Origin: an uncultured Eubacteriales bacterium
GTDB taxonomy: Bacteria > Bacillota > Clostridia > Oscillospirales > UBA644
Direction of reading: 5' to 3'
Assembly: GCA_900547165.1 (NCBI GenBank)
Contig: URFZ01000004.1
Coordinates: 47,104 to 111,103, forward strand
DNA length: 64,000 nt
This document shows positions 36,258 through 44,756 of the stretch, piece after piece; within the stretch, counting starts at the first letter, position 1, and the number at the start of each line of letters is the position of its first letter. The translations under genes and the position numbers were made by a program. The notes beneath the pieces were generated by a model. It was not told the origin of the DNA, searched no databases, and worked only from the letters and a program-made list of their open reading frames with translations.

Positions 36258-37766
36258 TCAGTCTGTTGCGTTCATCGTTGTGCGGCAGAGCACGTTCCAA
36301 TCTGCGTCCGTTGTGTAAGCATAGCCGTCGAGGTCGTAGAAATACAGAGTGCAGAGAGAGGTTTCGGACACGGCGAAAAATGTCGAATACGTCAGCAGAA
36401 CTTTGCCGTCTTTGCCCGAAAGGAGGTTGCGGTGACTGCCGTCCTCGGTCGGGCGGGAATAACCGTCAAAGCCGTCGATAGGAGAAACGTTTTCAACGAT
36501 GCTCCAATCGGAGGTGTCCGCGAGTTTATATTCGTAAACTTCGCCGTTGGCGGGGTCAAGGGAGCGTTCCAGAACGACATATCTGCCGATATTAAAATCC
36601 GTGATATACCAATCTTTCGGGGCGGTATAAAGTTTTTTGAAATTGTTCGAAACAACACAGAATGTGCCGTTTTCACCTTTTCCGTAATCGGCACTGACAT
36701 ACAATTTCAGTTCGGGGATATACGAAAGCTTATCATACGGAATTTTTTTTCCGCTGTTGTCTATCAAACGTCCGCCTACGGAAAGAACATTCGCGGAATA
36801 TAAATAAACTTCTTCTTCCGCAGGGTCAACGGGAAAACGGGAGACCTCTTTGAGTTTTTCATCAAGCACAACGGCGTACTCTCCGTCGCGGATAAGGAAA
36901 TATCCGTTATCGTATGCGGGTTTTTTATCGAATTTTCTGTCCGAAAGCGGCTTTGTGCCCTTGTATATCATATATTTTCCGCTGTCCGTCAGCACGGCAA
37001 AATATCCGTTGTCGGAAAGCATTTCCGCATCGGGAACGGTCAGCAAAGTCTTAAAGGAAGTATCGACAAAGCGTGTCTGACCGTCAAAAAGGAGACTCGC
37101 GACACCGTTTGTGAAACGTGTCAGAAAATAATTGCCGTCGGAGTTGTCGAGCAGCAGTTTACCCGCTGCGGAATAATATTTTTCGTTATTGTTTTCAAAG
37201 TCATATATTGCGCGGAATACTCCGCAGCCCCGGTATTCGACATAAACGTTTTTTCCGAAAGAAAAAATCGAAGAGCCGTCTTTCGGAACAACATAAAAAT
37301 TGCCGCGAAAATCAGAGGGGTCATACGTCGTATCGACGGAAGCCTTTTTCAGCAGATAGTAACCGTCGCAGTATTGAACGGACGCATAAACAGGGTCGGT
37401 GACAATAGTTCCGTCCTTGCGGCAAAGCCCGAAAAGCCCTTTCGTTTCGGCAAAAGTTCCGTCTTTAACCGTTGTGTTGTTCGCGGCGGCGTCCGAGATA
37501 TTGAAAAAGTAATCCGCGACGGCGCCGAGATACGGCACAAGTTCGCCGTAATCGGAGCGCGGGATAAGATTATCGACGTACTTATCAAACATTCGCGGCG
37601 AATCCGCCGACTTATACTTGCCGATGTCGGGCAGTTCGTCGAGAATTAAGCCCCACGTCGTCGGTTCGGGCGAAGAAGTCGGCTGTGTTTCCTCATTTTT
37701 CTTGCAGGCGCAGAACAGCGTCAGAAGAACAGCGGACAGGAGAAGAATAGAGACGGCTTTTTTCAT
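36258..37766 (-). CDS. WG-repeat-containing lipoprotein, paralog 2
   Basis: Start moved to the ATG at 37766 (MKKAVSILLLSAVLLTLFCAC). The first 75 or so aa are almost identical to paralog 1. C-terminus WNVLCRTTMNATD. Confidence 0.75.
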   Translation of the reverse strand: MKKAVSILLLSAVLLTLFCACKKNEETQPTSSPEPTTWGLILDELPDIGKYKSADSPRMFDKYVDNLIPRSDYGELVPYLGAVADYFFNISDAAANNTTVKDGTFAETKGLFGLCRKDGTIVTDPVYASVQYCDGYYLLKKASVDTTYDPSDFRGNFYVVPKDGSSIFSFGKNVYVEYRGCGVFRAIYDFENNNEKYYSAAGKLLLDNSDGNYFLTRFTNGVASLLFDGQTRFVDTSFKTLLTVPDAEMLSDNGYFAVLTDSGKYMIYKGTKPLSDRKFDKKPAYDNGYFLIRDGEYAVVLDEKLKEVSRFPVDPAEEEVYLYSANVLSVGGRLIDNSGKKIPYDKLSYIPELKLYVSADYGKGENGTFCVVSNNFKKLYTAPKDWYITDFNIGRYVVLERSLDPANGEVYEYKLADTSDWSIVENVSPIDGFDGYSRPTEDGSHRNLLSGKDGKVLLTYSTFFAVSETSLCTLYFYDLDGYAYTTDADWNVLCRTTMNATD

Positions 37767-37786
37767 TTTCAAAACCCCTTTGATAT
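37524..37786 (-). repeat. 263-bp near-identical segment (5' end and upstream region of paralog 2)
   Basis: Partner of 35863-36125. Confidence 0.8.
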
Positions 37787-37969
37787 AAAAGAGTACGAAT
37801 AATATATAATTTTTATATTCAATTTGACCTTTCAATATATTAGACGTTTTACAAAGGTTTTTGTGACATAAAACCCGATTAGTTTACAAAATATTCACAA
37901 ATGTAAATCAGATGTCGGAGGTTCTCCCCTGCGGCTGCCGCGCGTGCGGTATTTTGTGTTGTTTCACGC

Positions 37970-39526
37970 TCAATCTTTGTTTATCGGCGCACAGCAAACG
38001 GTGTTGAAATTTTCGTCAACGGTATATGCGTAACCGCCGCGATCGTAAAAAACAAGAGTGCCGAGAGCGGTGCCGAGAGAGCGAGCCAGACTGTCAACCT
38101 TTGTTTTTTGTTCGCCCGTGACGGGGTCGGTGAGCGCAAGTGTCCGCTTTTCGGGATAACCGGTCAGAAAAAAGCCTCCGAGACCGTCAAAGTATGCCGA
38201 AAGTTCGTATTTACGCGTTTTTCCGTTTTCGGGGTCGTAAACAATAGCCTCGGAAGACCGCATGGCGTAAAAAACGGGAATGTCGCAAGGCAGTACCCAC
38301 ATATTTACGGAATAACCCTCGGGCGCTTTGAAAAGCTCGTTTAAGTCACGGTCGAGAACCGCTCCGCCGACGGACAGAGAAACGGAGTAAACGCCGCTGT
38401 CGGGATAAAAAACCGTATCGTAAAATCCGGAAATATTCTGTCTTTTGCCCGAATTCGTAAGCAAAAACGTGCCTGTATACAAAGTCGAAAAACAAACGGC
38501 GACGGGGCTGACTATACGGGCGTCTTCGACGTTGTTTTTCAGCCCGTCGCCGCCGATGTCGAACGTGCCGAGGGACTTCATATCGGGGTCAAAAGCGTAA
38601 GCCGTCGAGCCCTTTACAGCGACTATGCCTTTTTCATCGCCGAACACGCCGTCGTATTCCGAGGGAAGCAGCATATCTTTGCCGTTCGCCGTCACGCCGT
38701 ATTTGCCGTTTCCGTCACCGACGCAAAACAGCCCGCACCTGAAATCTTTGGCTTCGACGGGGGTTGAAACGGTGTTGAAAGAAGTGTCCGCGAAACGGTA
38801 TGTGTTCCCCGTCGCTTCGCCCGAGGACGATGTATTGAGTTTTTCTTCAAGCGCGACGCCGTTATAAAAAGAGAGCGTGAGATCGAAGAATTCGCCTTTG
38901 TCAAAATACAGTATCTCGCCGCGGGAGGTGCAGTATGCCGTTTTTACGGAATTTTTTGAAGAAGAGTGATAATACGCGAATATTCCGTCACCGCAATACT
39001 TAGCCGTGCCGCACGTTTTAAGCTCGGTCACAAACGAACCGTCGGAGGGTATTATCAGATATGTAACGTCAGTATCTCCGACAAGAAAGGACTGCATATA
39101 ATCGGATACAGTCGCAGGCTCGAACCGTTCGAGCAGATAATACCCGTCCCGGTATTCGACGCTTTTGTATATCGGCGCGGTGACTATTCTGCCGTCGGCG
39201 GTGCAGAGACCGTAAATCGGAATGACGGTATACGGATCTTTCGCGCGCGAACTTCCGGAGGTTCCGCCGTCAAGATAATACTCATACATGTCGCCGAGAT
39301 ACGGCGCAAGCGTTCCGTAGCCGTCATCGGGGACGAACTCGGTCAGCGCCGTGTCGAAATATGTCGGAGAGCCTTTCGGCTTATACTCGCCTATGTCGGG
39401 CAGTTCGGCAAGAGTAAATTCCCGCGTCGGCTTTTTCGTCGGGTTTTCATCGGAGTTGTCGCAAGCGGCGAAAACCGTCAGAAACACGGCAACGGCAAGC
39501 AACAGAGAAAAAATCTTTTGCATCAT
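37970..39526 (-). CDS. WG-repeat-containing lipoprotein, paralog 3 (more divergent)
   Basis: Lipobox TVFAAC and the same LAELPDIGEYK..P..GYG.LAPYLG N-terminal module. WG-type repeats (YGLCTADGRIVTAPIYKSVEYRDGYYLL). Confidence 0.75.
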   Translation of the reverse strand: MMQKIFSLLLAVAVFLTVFAACDNSDENPTKKPTREFTLAELPDIGEYKPKGSPTYFDTALTEFVPDDGYGTLAPYLGDMYEYYLDGGTSGSSRAKDPYTVIPIYGLCTADGRIVTAPIYKSVEYRDGYYLLERFEPATVSDYMQSFLVGDTDVTYLIIPSDGSFVTELKTCGTAKYCGDGIFAYYHSSSKNSVKTAYCTSRGEILYFDKGEFFDLTLSFYNGVALEEKLNTSSSGEATGNTYRFADTSFNTVSTPVEAKDFRCGLFCVGDGNGKYGVTANGKDMLLPSEYDGVFGDEKGIVAVKGSTAYAFDPDMKSLGTFDIGGDGLKNNVEDARIVSPVAVCFSTLYTGTFLLTNSGKRQNISGFYDTVFYPDSGVYSVSLSVGGAVLDRDLNELFKAPEGYSVNMWVLPCDIPVFYAMRSSEAIVYDPENGKTRKYELSAYFDGLGGFFLTGYPEKRTLALTDPVTGEQKTKVDSLARSLGTALGTLVFYDRGGYAYTVDENFNTVCCAPINKD

Positions 39527-39694
39527 TTTCGGTTCATCCCTTTTCTTTTCGAGGAGAGATAAAAAGACTATCGCGGTAGTCTATATTCATATTAACATAT
39601 ACCGCAGGTTTTTTCAAGAGGTTTTGGGCGCTGAATTTTTTCTGTGTTTTGCGGAAACAGAGATATAAAGGCAAAAGGTTCAATCAAGGTTTGC

Positions 39695-39732
39695 TACAAA
39701 AAAAGTTTGCCGAGGATACCGACAAACTTTTT
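39695..39732 (-). terminator. Terminator after the 146-aa membrane protein gene
   Basis: AAAGTTTG / CAAACTTT stem, followed on the minus strand by TTTTTTTG. Confidence 0.45.
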
Positions 39733-39813
39733 AATCAAAATTGTTTTTACTTGCAAGAAAAATCACCGACACAGGAAAAGTAACAGAAATGAGTTGCATC
39801 ATTTCCCCGTTGT

Positions 39814-40254
39814 CTATCCGCGAAGATAACGCCACGGGTAATTTGCCCGGCGCGCCTTGCGTTCAACAACAAGAAGAACGATAAACGGCACTGTTCCTGC
39901 GGCAAAAAGTCCGACAAGGGTCAGAATGACGGTCAATCTGAAATCCATTTTATATACGACGCATAGGAAAGTGATGCACACGCCGGTGAGAAACAGCCAT
40001 ACGGCGAACAAAATTCTGTCCGCGAGAAGAGAAACTTTTTCTTTTTTTATCAGAAAGTGCGTTGCGACGCAAAGCCCCGTGATAAGCACGGCTTCCGCCA
40101 AAACCACCGCTATGCGGGATATTATACTTGCGGCGGATTCCTGAAAATCGGAAGGGAGCGGGAATATATCGGTTGCGCTCAACATCATTATCGCGGTCAG
40201 CAGAGACAACGCAACGGTTGCCGCAACGAGCAAAAAAGTGATGAACTTTCTCAT
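39814..40254 (-). CDS. Small polytopic membrane protein of unknown function (possible immunity-type protein)
   Basis: 146 aa with four hydrophobic helices. Lies 142 bp downstream of, and in the same orientation as, the double-glycine peptide gene. Confidence 0.6.
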   Translation of the reverse strand: MRKFITFLLVAATVALSLLTAIMMLSATDIFPLPSDFQESAASIISRIAVVLAEAVLITGLCVATHFLIKKEKVSLLADRILFAVWLFLTGVCITFLCVVYKMDFRLTVILTLVGLFAAGTVPFIVLLVVERKARRANYPWRYLRG

Positions 40255-40396
40255 ATTTATTTCTTTTTTTCTGTTATTTAAAACTATTCACCGTATCGGT
40301 AAACTTCGCCCGAATTTTATCGGAAAACTCCGAAAAGAGAGGGCAAACCGCGCGGACGGAGCAGCTCAGCCCGCGCGTTCGAAACCGTATAACAAC

Positions 40397-40594
40397 TCAA
40401 CGTGAAAATTGGTGGGAGCATTCGCGGCAGAGGTAAACTTTCGAAGAAATTTTGCTCACTTTTGTGGAACGGCACTTCGGGCAGAATAAAATTTGAGTGT
40501 GCAGTTTTCCTTTGCCTCCGATACCGCCCGCCACGTTTTCAAGTTCGTCATCGTTCATTTCATTGTTTGCGTTGTTTTTCAGTTCTTCCGACAT
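40397..40594 (-). CDS. Double-glycine-leader peptide precursor (bacteriocin/RiPP-like) with a CxxC...CxxC core
   Basis: 65 aa. The leader MSEELKNNANNEMNDDELENVAGG matches the GG-leader consensus. The cationic 41-aa core is IGGKGKLHTQILFCPKCRSTKVSKISSKVYLCRECSHQFSR. RBS AAGGAGA lies 8 nt before the ATG. Confidence 0.65.
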   Translation of the reverse strand: MSEELKNNANNEMNDDELENVAGGIGGKGKLHTQILFCPKCRSTKVSKISSKVYLCRECSHQFSR

Positions 40595-40643
40595 TGTTGA
40601 TGTCTCCTTTTCTTTATGATATATTATGTTTTAATTTTATGTC

Positions 40644-40658
40644 TGCGGATATTCCGCA
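40644..40658. promoter_or_regulatory. Inverted repeat TGCGGA-TAT-TCCGCA upstream of the peptide gene (operator-like)
   Basis: Perfect 6-3-6 palindrome 50-64 nt upstream of the peptide ATG, in an AT-rich promoter region. Confidence 0.35.
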
Positions 40659-40699
40659 AACGCTCTTCACTCTTTTATACGATGAAAAAACGCAGATGG

Positions 40700-41719
40700 C
40701 TATTCCAACGTATCAATTTTTTTTGCAACGTAGTAAAAAATCTTCATCGCGTCGGCTATATCGACCTCGCCGCTTTTATCCGCGTCCGTGCGGAGCAGCG
40801 CGTCCCACGAAATCGACTCTTTTTTCGCAACGTGATAAAAAACAAGCATTGCGTCGGATATATCGACCTCGCCGTCGCCGTTCGCGTCGCCGACAACGCA
40901 GTCACGCAGAAAAACAGCCTTTTTTGCATAATAGAAATACCCGTCCTCGGTATTGATGCAGATGCTTATGTCAAACGACTCGGCATCGGCCGAAACAATA
41001 ACCTTTTCGGCGGAGTATATCCCTTTCGCGATTTCGGTAAAATCAACGCTCCATCCTATAAATTCCATCTCTATGCTCGCGCTCCACAAAATCATATCCT
41101 GCGGAACGGCAAAACGGAAGGAAAACGGCATATTTCTGTAAACGTATTCGGTCGCGTCTATCTCAACGCGCGGAACGGGGCGCTTTTCGGGGGTATGGCC
41201 GCATTCGGCATAGGTAAGCTGATAATACCCGTCCTCCTCGACCCATATACCGCCGAGGTGCGGTGTTATAATGCAGATGCCGGATGTAAAAACGGCAATG
41301 TCTCCCGCCGCATTTTCGCATTTGACAACGGCTTTCAGAATTTTGTATTCGACGCCGAAATCAGAGATGTTTGCCGTGAACGACAGCTTACGCGAGGACG
41401 GATCATACGTCAGGGTATCGCCGTTCGGGGAGCCGTTTTCAACGGTATAAGGCGTGACCGCGCCGTATTTCTTTATTTCCAGATATATCGGCTTTTCGGT
41501 GGGCGCCCAACCTTCAGGCAGCGTCACGGACGCCCGTAACGGAGTGCAGGTTCCGGCTCTTCCGGGCAAAGCAAATGCTGCTTTTTCTTCAATCCTCTCT
41601 CCGCATTCGCATACGCCGTCCACATAAAAATGGCCGTGTTCTTCCGCGCTCGACGCAAAAGCGGCAAGCGTCGCGGCAATGCAGAGAGCAAGAAGCGCAC
41701 AAATAAGTTTTTTCTTCAT
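40700..41719 (-). CDS. Secreted dockerin-containing protein
   Basis: Start moved to the ATG at 41719 (MKKKLICALLALCIAATLAAFASSA). C-terminal type I dockerin duplicate GDANGDGEVDISDAML...DADKSGEVDIADAMK. Confidence 0.8.
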   Translation of the reverse strand: MKKKLICALLALCIAATLAAFASSAEEHGHFYVDGVCECGERIEEKAAFALPGRAGTCTPLRASVTLPEGWAPTEKPIYLEIKKYGAVTPYTVENGSPNGDTLTYDPSSRKLSFTANISDFGVEYKILKAVVKCENAAGDIAVFTSGICIITPHLGGIWVEEDGYYQLTYAECGHTPEKRPVPRVEIDATEYVYRNMPFSFRFAVPQDMILWSASIEMEFIGWSVDFTEIAKGIYSAEKVIVSADAESFDISICINTEDGYFYYAKKAVFLRDCVVGDANGDGEVDISDAMLVFYHVAKKESISWDALLRTDADKSGEVDIADAMKIFYYVAKKIDTLE

Positions 41720-41873
41720 GGCAAAATTCCTTTCCGATAGTTTCAAAGAGTATATTTTTGTGTTTTTTCACTCTCGGGAAGCCTCGCCGCGGTCTTTTTT
41801 CGCGCCGACGGCAACTGAAAGCGTCCTCGTCGTTTTTGCGCGAAAGAACGGCAGACGCGAAGGTTTTTTCCGG

Positions 41874-42557
41874 TTATTTCAGCTCAAACTCAAACTTCAT
41901 CGCAAGCATTTCAAACAGTTTTTGCATAACGCCGTTTGAAACGGCAACGATGTCCGTTTTGGATATTGCGTCAAGCACGGCGCGCTGTTCCTCTTCCGGC
42001 ACTCGGTATGCCGAAAGGCTCATCGAAAGAAAACGTTCGAGTTTGTGCGCCAGCGTGAAATACTTATCGCACGGACGCGCCATATAACTGCGCATAAGGC
42101 CCGCAGAGCCTATCTCCATTTCGTAAAAATCGCTTTCGCTGCAACACGGCAGATATTTGCCGAAAATCTGCATGAGTTCGGTGGACGTCTGCTGATATAT
42201 GTATTCCGCCGTTTCGGGGTGCGTGTAAGCCTCAACATATATCTCGCGCAGATTCTCGTTCAGTTCCGCAAGCGTCATCTGTATCGAAGTTTCGACCGCA
42301 TACAGCAGCACGGGCGACGCGTTTTTTCCAACGACCGCTCTTGCCGAGCCGAACTGCCCTTCAAACATGACGCGCACAAGTTCCATAAGAACGCCGTCCT
42401 TTGTGCGGAAAACATTTTGAAACGTTCCCGCCGAAACGTCCGCGTCGTGAATTATATCGTTCATGGTCGTTCTCTTATACCCCTTTTCGATGAACAACCT
42501 CACGCACGCCGAAAGGATTCTCCTTTTTGCGTCTTCACTGTCATATCTCCTTGCCAT
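41874..42557 (-). CDS. TetR/AcrR family transcriptional regulator
   Basis: Start moved to the ATG at 42557 (MARRYDSEDAKRRILSACVRLFIEKGYKRTTMNDIIHDADVSAGTFQNVF, a TetR-type HTH). Confidence 0.85.
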   Translation of the reverse strand: MARRYDSEDAKRRILSACVRLFIEKGYKRTTMNDIIHDADVSAGTFQNVFRTKDGVLMELVRVMFEGQFGSARAVVGKNASPVLLYAVETSIQMTLAELNENLREIYVEAYTHPETAEYIYQQTSTELMQIFGKYLPCCSESDFYEMEIGSAGLMRSYMARPCDKYFTLAHKLERFLSMSLSAYRVPEEEQRAVLDAISKTDIVAVSNGVMQKLFEMLAMKFEFELK

Positions 42558-42603
42558 AAATATCCCTCTTAATTCGAATTGGGTCATACACCTGAACCCA
42601 TAT

Positions 42604-42619
42604 TTGGTATATATACCAA
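42604..42619. promoter_or_regulatory. Perfect 16-bp palindrome TTGGTATATATACCAA, candidate TetR operator
   Basis: Lies 47 bp upstream of the tetR-family start codon. Confidence 0.5.
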
Positions 42620-42825
42620 TTATAACACATATTTTTAGAAAGTGCAATAGGAAAAAACAAAAAAATCTGAAATTTCTCGGCAAAAACGATATTTTCGGCG
42701 TATCCCGTCTGCCTACGATTGACAAAGCATAATGTTTTTGAAATAACGGTTAATAAAAAGAGACCTGTGAGGGTCGCTTTTGTCGGTTTCTTCTTCAAGT
42801 TTTTCTACAATAGAAATTGCACAAG

Positions 42826-44580
42826 TTATTTCATAATGTTAAGTTCACCGATTTTTTCTATAAATGATTTATTTATATAAGACGTAATCTCATCATCAGT
42901 TTCTTGCAGAGAGAGCCACTCACTTAAGTCGCAAAAATTCTTTTTAGTTACAGCCATATCTTCAGACGTAGAGAATTCTTGATTATTAAAACAAAGCCCC
43001 AGTAATAATTCTGCGATTTTTCTCTTTTTCGCGTTATTTGACTGCGCATAACTCTTCTTAAAGGTTTTCAACATTTCTGAATCAAAGCTTTCAAAACACA
43101 TTTTCGATATTGCAATTTTTTCATTATATAATCCATTGTCTAAATATGCTATAAATCTTTTTTTCTGTTTATTCATAATTACCCGATTTTCAAACCTCAT
43201 TGCTGTATTGTATAATTCTTTCCATTCGGGAGCAATGTTTTCTATCTCTACAACGCTATATCTTTCAGATTCTTCCGTTTTTTCAGTTATAACCCTCAAA
43301 AAACGTTCATTAAGACCTTTTACCATTTTCGAAGGATCCACTTCACATGGGAAAGGAATCTTTACACTTTGCAGCATTTGAACTTTTGTCAAGAACGAAA
43401 TGATTTGTTCACAAGACAAGTCTCCTGAATATGCCTTTTCTACGACTTCCGAAAAACCCTTATCTATATCTTGTTTATCTAAATCCCAAAAGTTCTTCCA
43501 CAAAAACAGTTCCCATGGCTGTATCTCTGAATCCCCGTATTTTCGTGTCAATTCAGAAATAAAAGCATCTTCGTTCCAATATCCAGTATTAATCCATTCA
43601 CTTAGTGAATCAAATGAACTGTACGCTTCTCCCTTATTAAGAAATCTTTTATTTGAATTAAAAATAGGTGCCAACACCTCTTCATCAGAAATATCAACTT
43701 GTTTATCCTCTTTAGAACTCGCTTCAAACCTCTCGGCGCCAAAAGTATATAAAACCCATTTCATATTCTCTGTCGAAACAGACGTCCCTTGCCAATAGCC
43801 GAAAACCCTTTCAAAATCTGCTAAAATATATTTTAAAATACGAATATTCTGAGAACTGCTCTCTCCGAACAATTGTCTTACAAGAACAATGTTCTGACGC
43901 AAAAAATCCTTATAGCCCAACTCTGTTTCATTATATCCGTCAACAACAGTATCGACAACAGCATTTTTATCAAGTTCAATTTTTATGGTTCTTGAAATAA
44001 CTTTTTCCTTATAATCATTATAGCATTTTTCTGTGTTGATTTTATTCTCGTCAGCCACCATAATCGTTTTTATATTTTTGTTTTCAACATAATCGTTTAT
44101 TGCGCCCAACAAATCTTGTGCATCAATTTTACACCGTTCAAAATCATCAAATGCAAGAGCAAATCTCATATCATTTTTCACAGTATTACTCACTTTTAAT
44201 AAGTCAGAAAAATCTATTGATTCTAATACTGATGTAACCCCACTGACAACCGCCGAGACGACAGGATTACTTATCGTGCACGCAGTCGTATCAATTAATT
44301 TCTTTGTACCTTCTTTCATTGGTTTCGCAGCTTTTTTAATTTTTTTCGCATGTGGCATTTGGAGCGCGAAATATGCGGATTGGACTCTTTGGTTTAAGGT
44401 TTTAACCTCTGTAATTCCAAACAAAGATATTACTGCAACGGCAATTTTTTTTTCACTAAACTCTTTTGCAATTTCTTTAATCAAATAGGATTTACCGCAC
44501 CCCCACTCTCCCGTAAGTAAAAGTGCTCCCGTTGCTTCTTTGCAGTTAAGATAGCTTTCAATTTCTTTTCTGATATCCAT
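42826..44580 (-). CDS. KAP-family P-loop NTPase
   Basis: 584 aa. Walker A LLLTGEWGCGKSY, Walker B-like FALAFDDFERC. The gene is strongly AT-rich compared with its flanks. Confidence 0.75.
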   Translation of the reverse strand: MDIRKEIESYLNCKEATGALLLTGEWGCGKSYLIKEIAKEFSEKKIAVAVISLFGITEVKTLNQRVQSAYFALQMPHAKKIKKAAKPMKEGTKKLIDTTACTISNPVVSAVVSGVTSVLESIDFSDLLKVSNTVKNDMRFALAFDDFERCKIDAQDLLGAINDYVENKNIKTIMVADENKINTEKCYNDYKEKVISRTIKIELDKNAVVDTVVDGYNETELGYKDFLRQNIVLVRQLFGESSSQNIRILKYILADFERVFGYWQGTSVSTENMKWVLYTFGAERFEASSKEDKQVDISDEEVLAPIFNSNKRFLNKGEAYSSFDSLSEWINTGYWNEDAFISELTRKYGDSEIQPWELFLWKNFWDLDKQDIDKGFSEVVEKAYSGDLSCEQIISFLTKVQMLQSVKIPFPCEVDPSKMVKGLNERFLRVITEKTEESERYSVVEIENIAPEWKELYNTAMRFENRVIMNKQKKRFIAYLDNGLYNEKIAISKMCFESFDSEMLKTFKKSYAQSNNAKKRKIAELLLGLCFNNQEFSTSEDMAVTKKNFCDLSEWLSLQETDDEITSYINKSFIEKIGELNIMK

Positions 44581-44708
44581 AAAACATCCTTTCTAATACT
44601 GATATAAATGCAATCAAATATATCTTTTAAATTACTATAACCGACATATAGTAAAACAATAACACACGAGATATAATAACACATTTACAACAAAAAGTAA
44701 AGACGTTC

Positions 44709-44752
44709 TTAACAAAATGAGCGGTATGGAACGCATGTTTCATACCGCTCAT
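44709..44752 (-). terminator. Hairpin terminator/attenuator between the methyltransferase gene and the KAP NTPase gene
   Basis: 12-bp stem ATGAGCGGTATG (44717-44728) / CATACCGCTCAT (44741-44752), followed on the minus strand by TTTTGTT. It starts 4 nt after the stop codon at 44757. Confidence 0.45.
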
Positions 44753-44756
44753 CATT

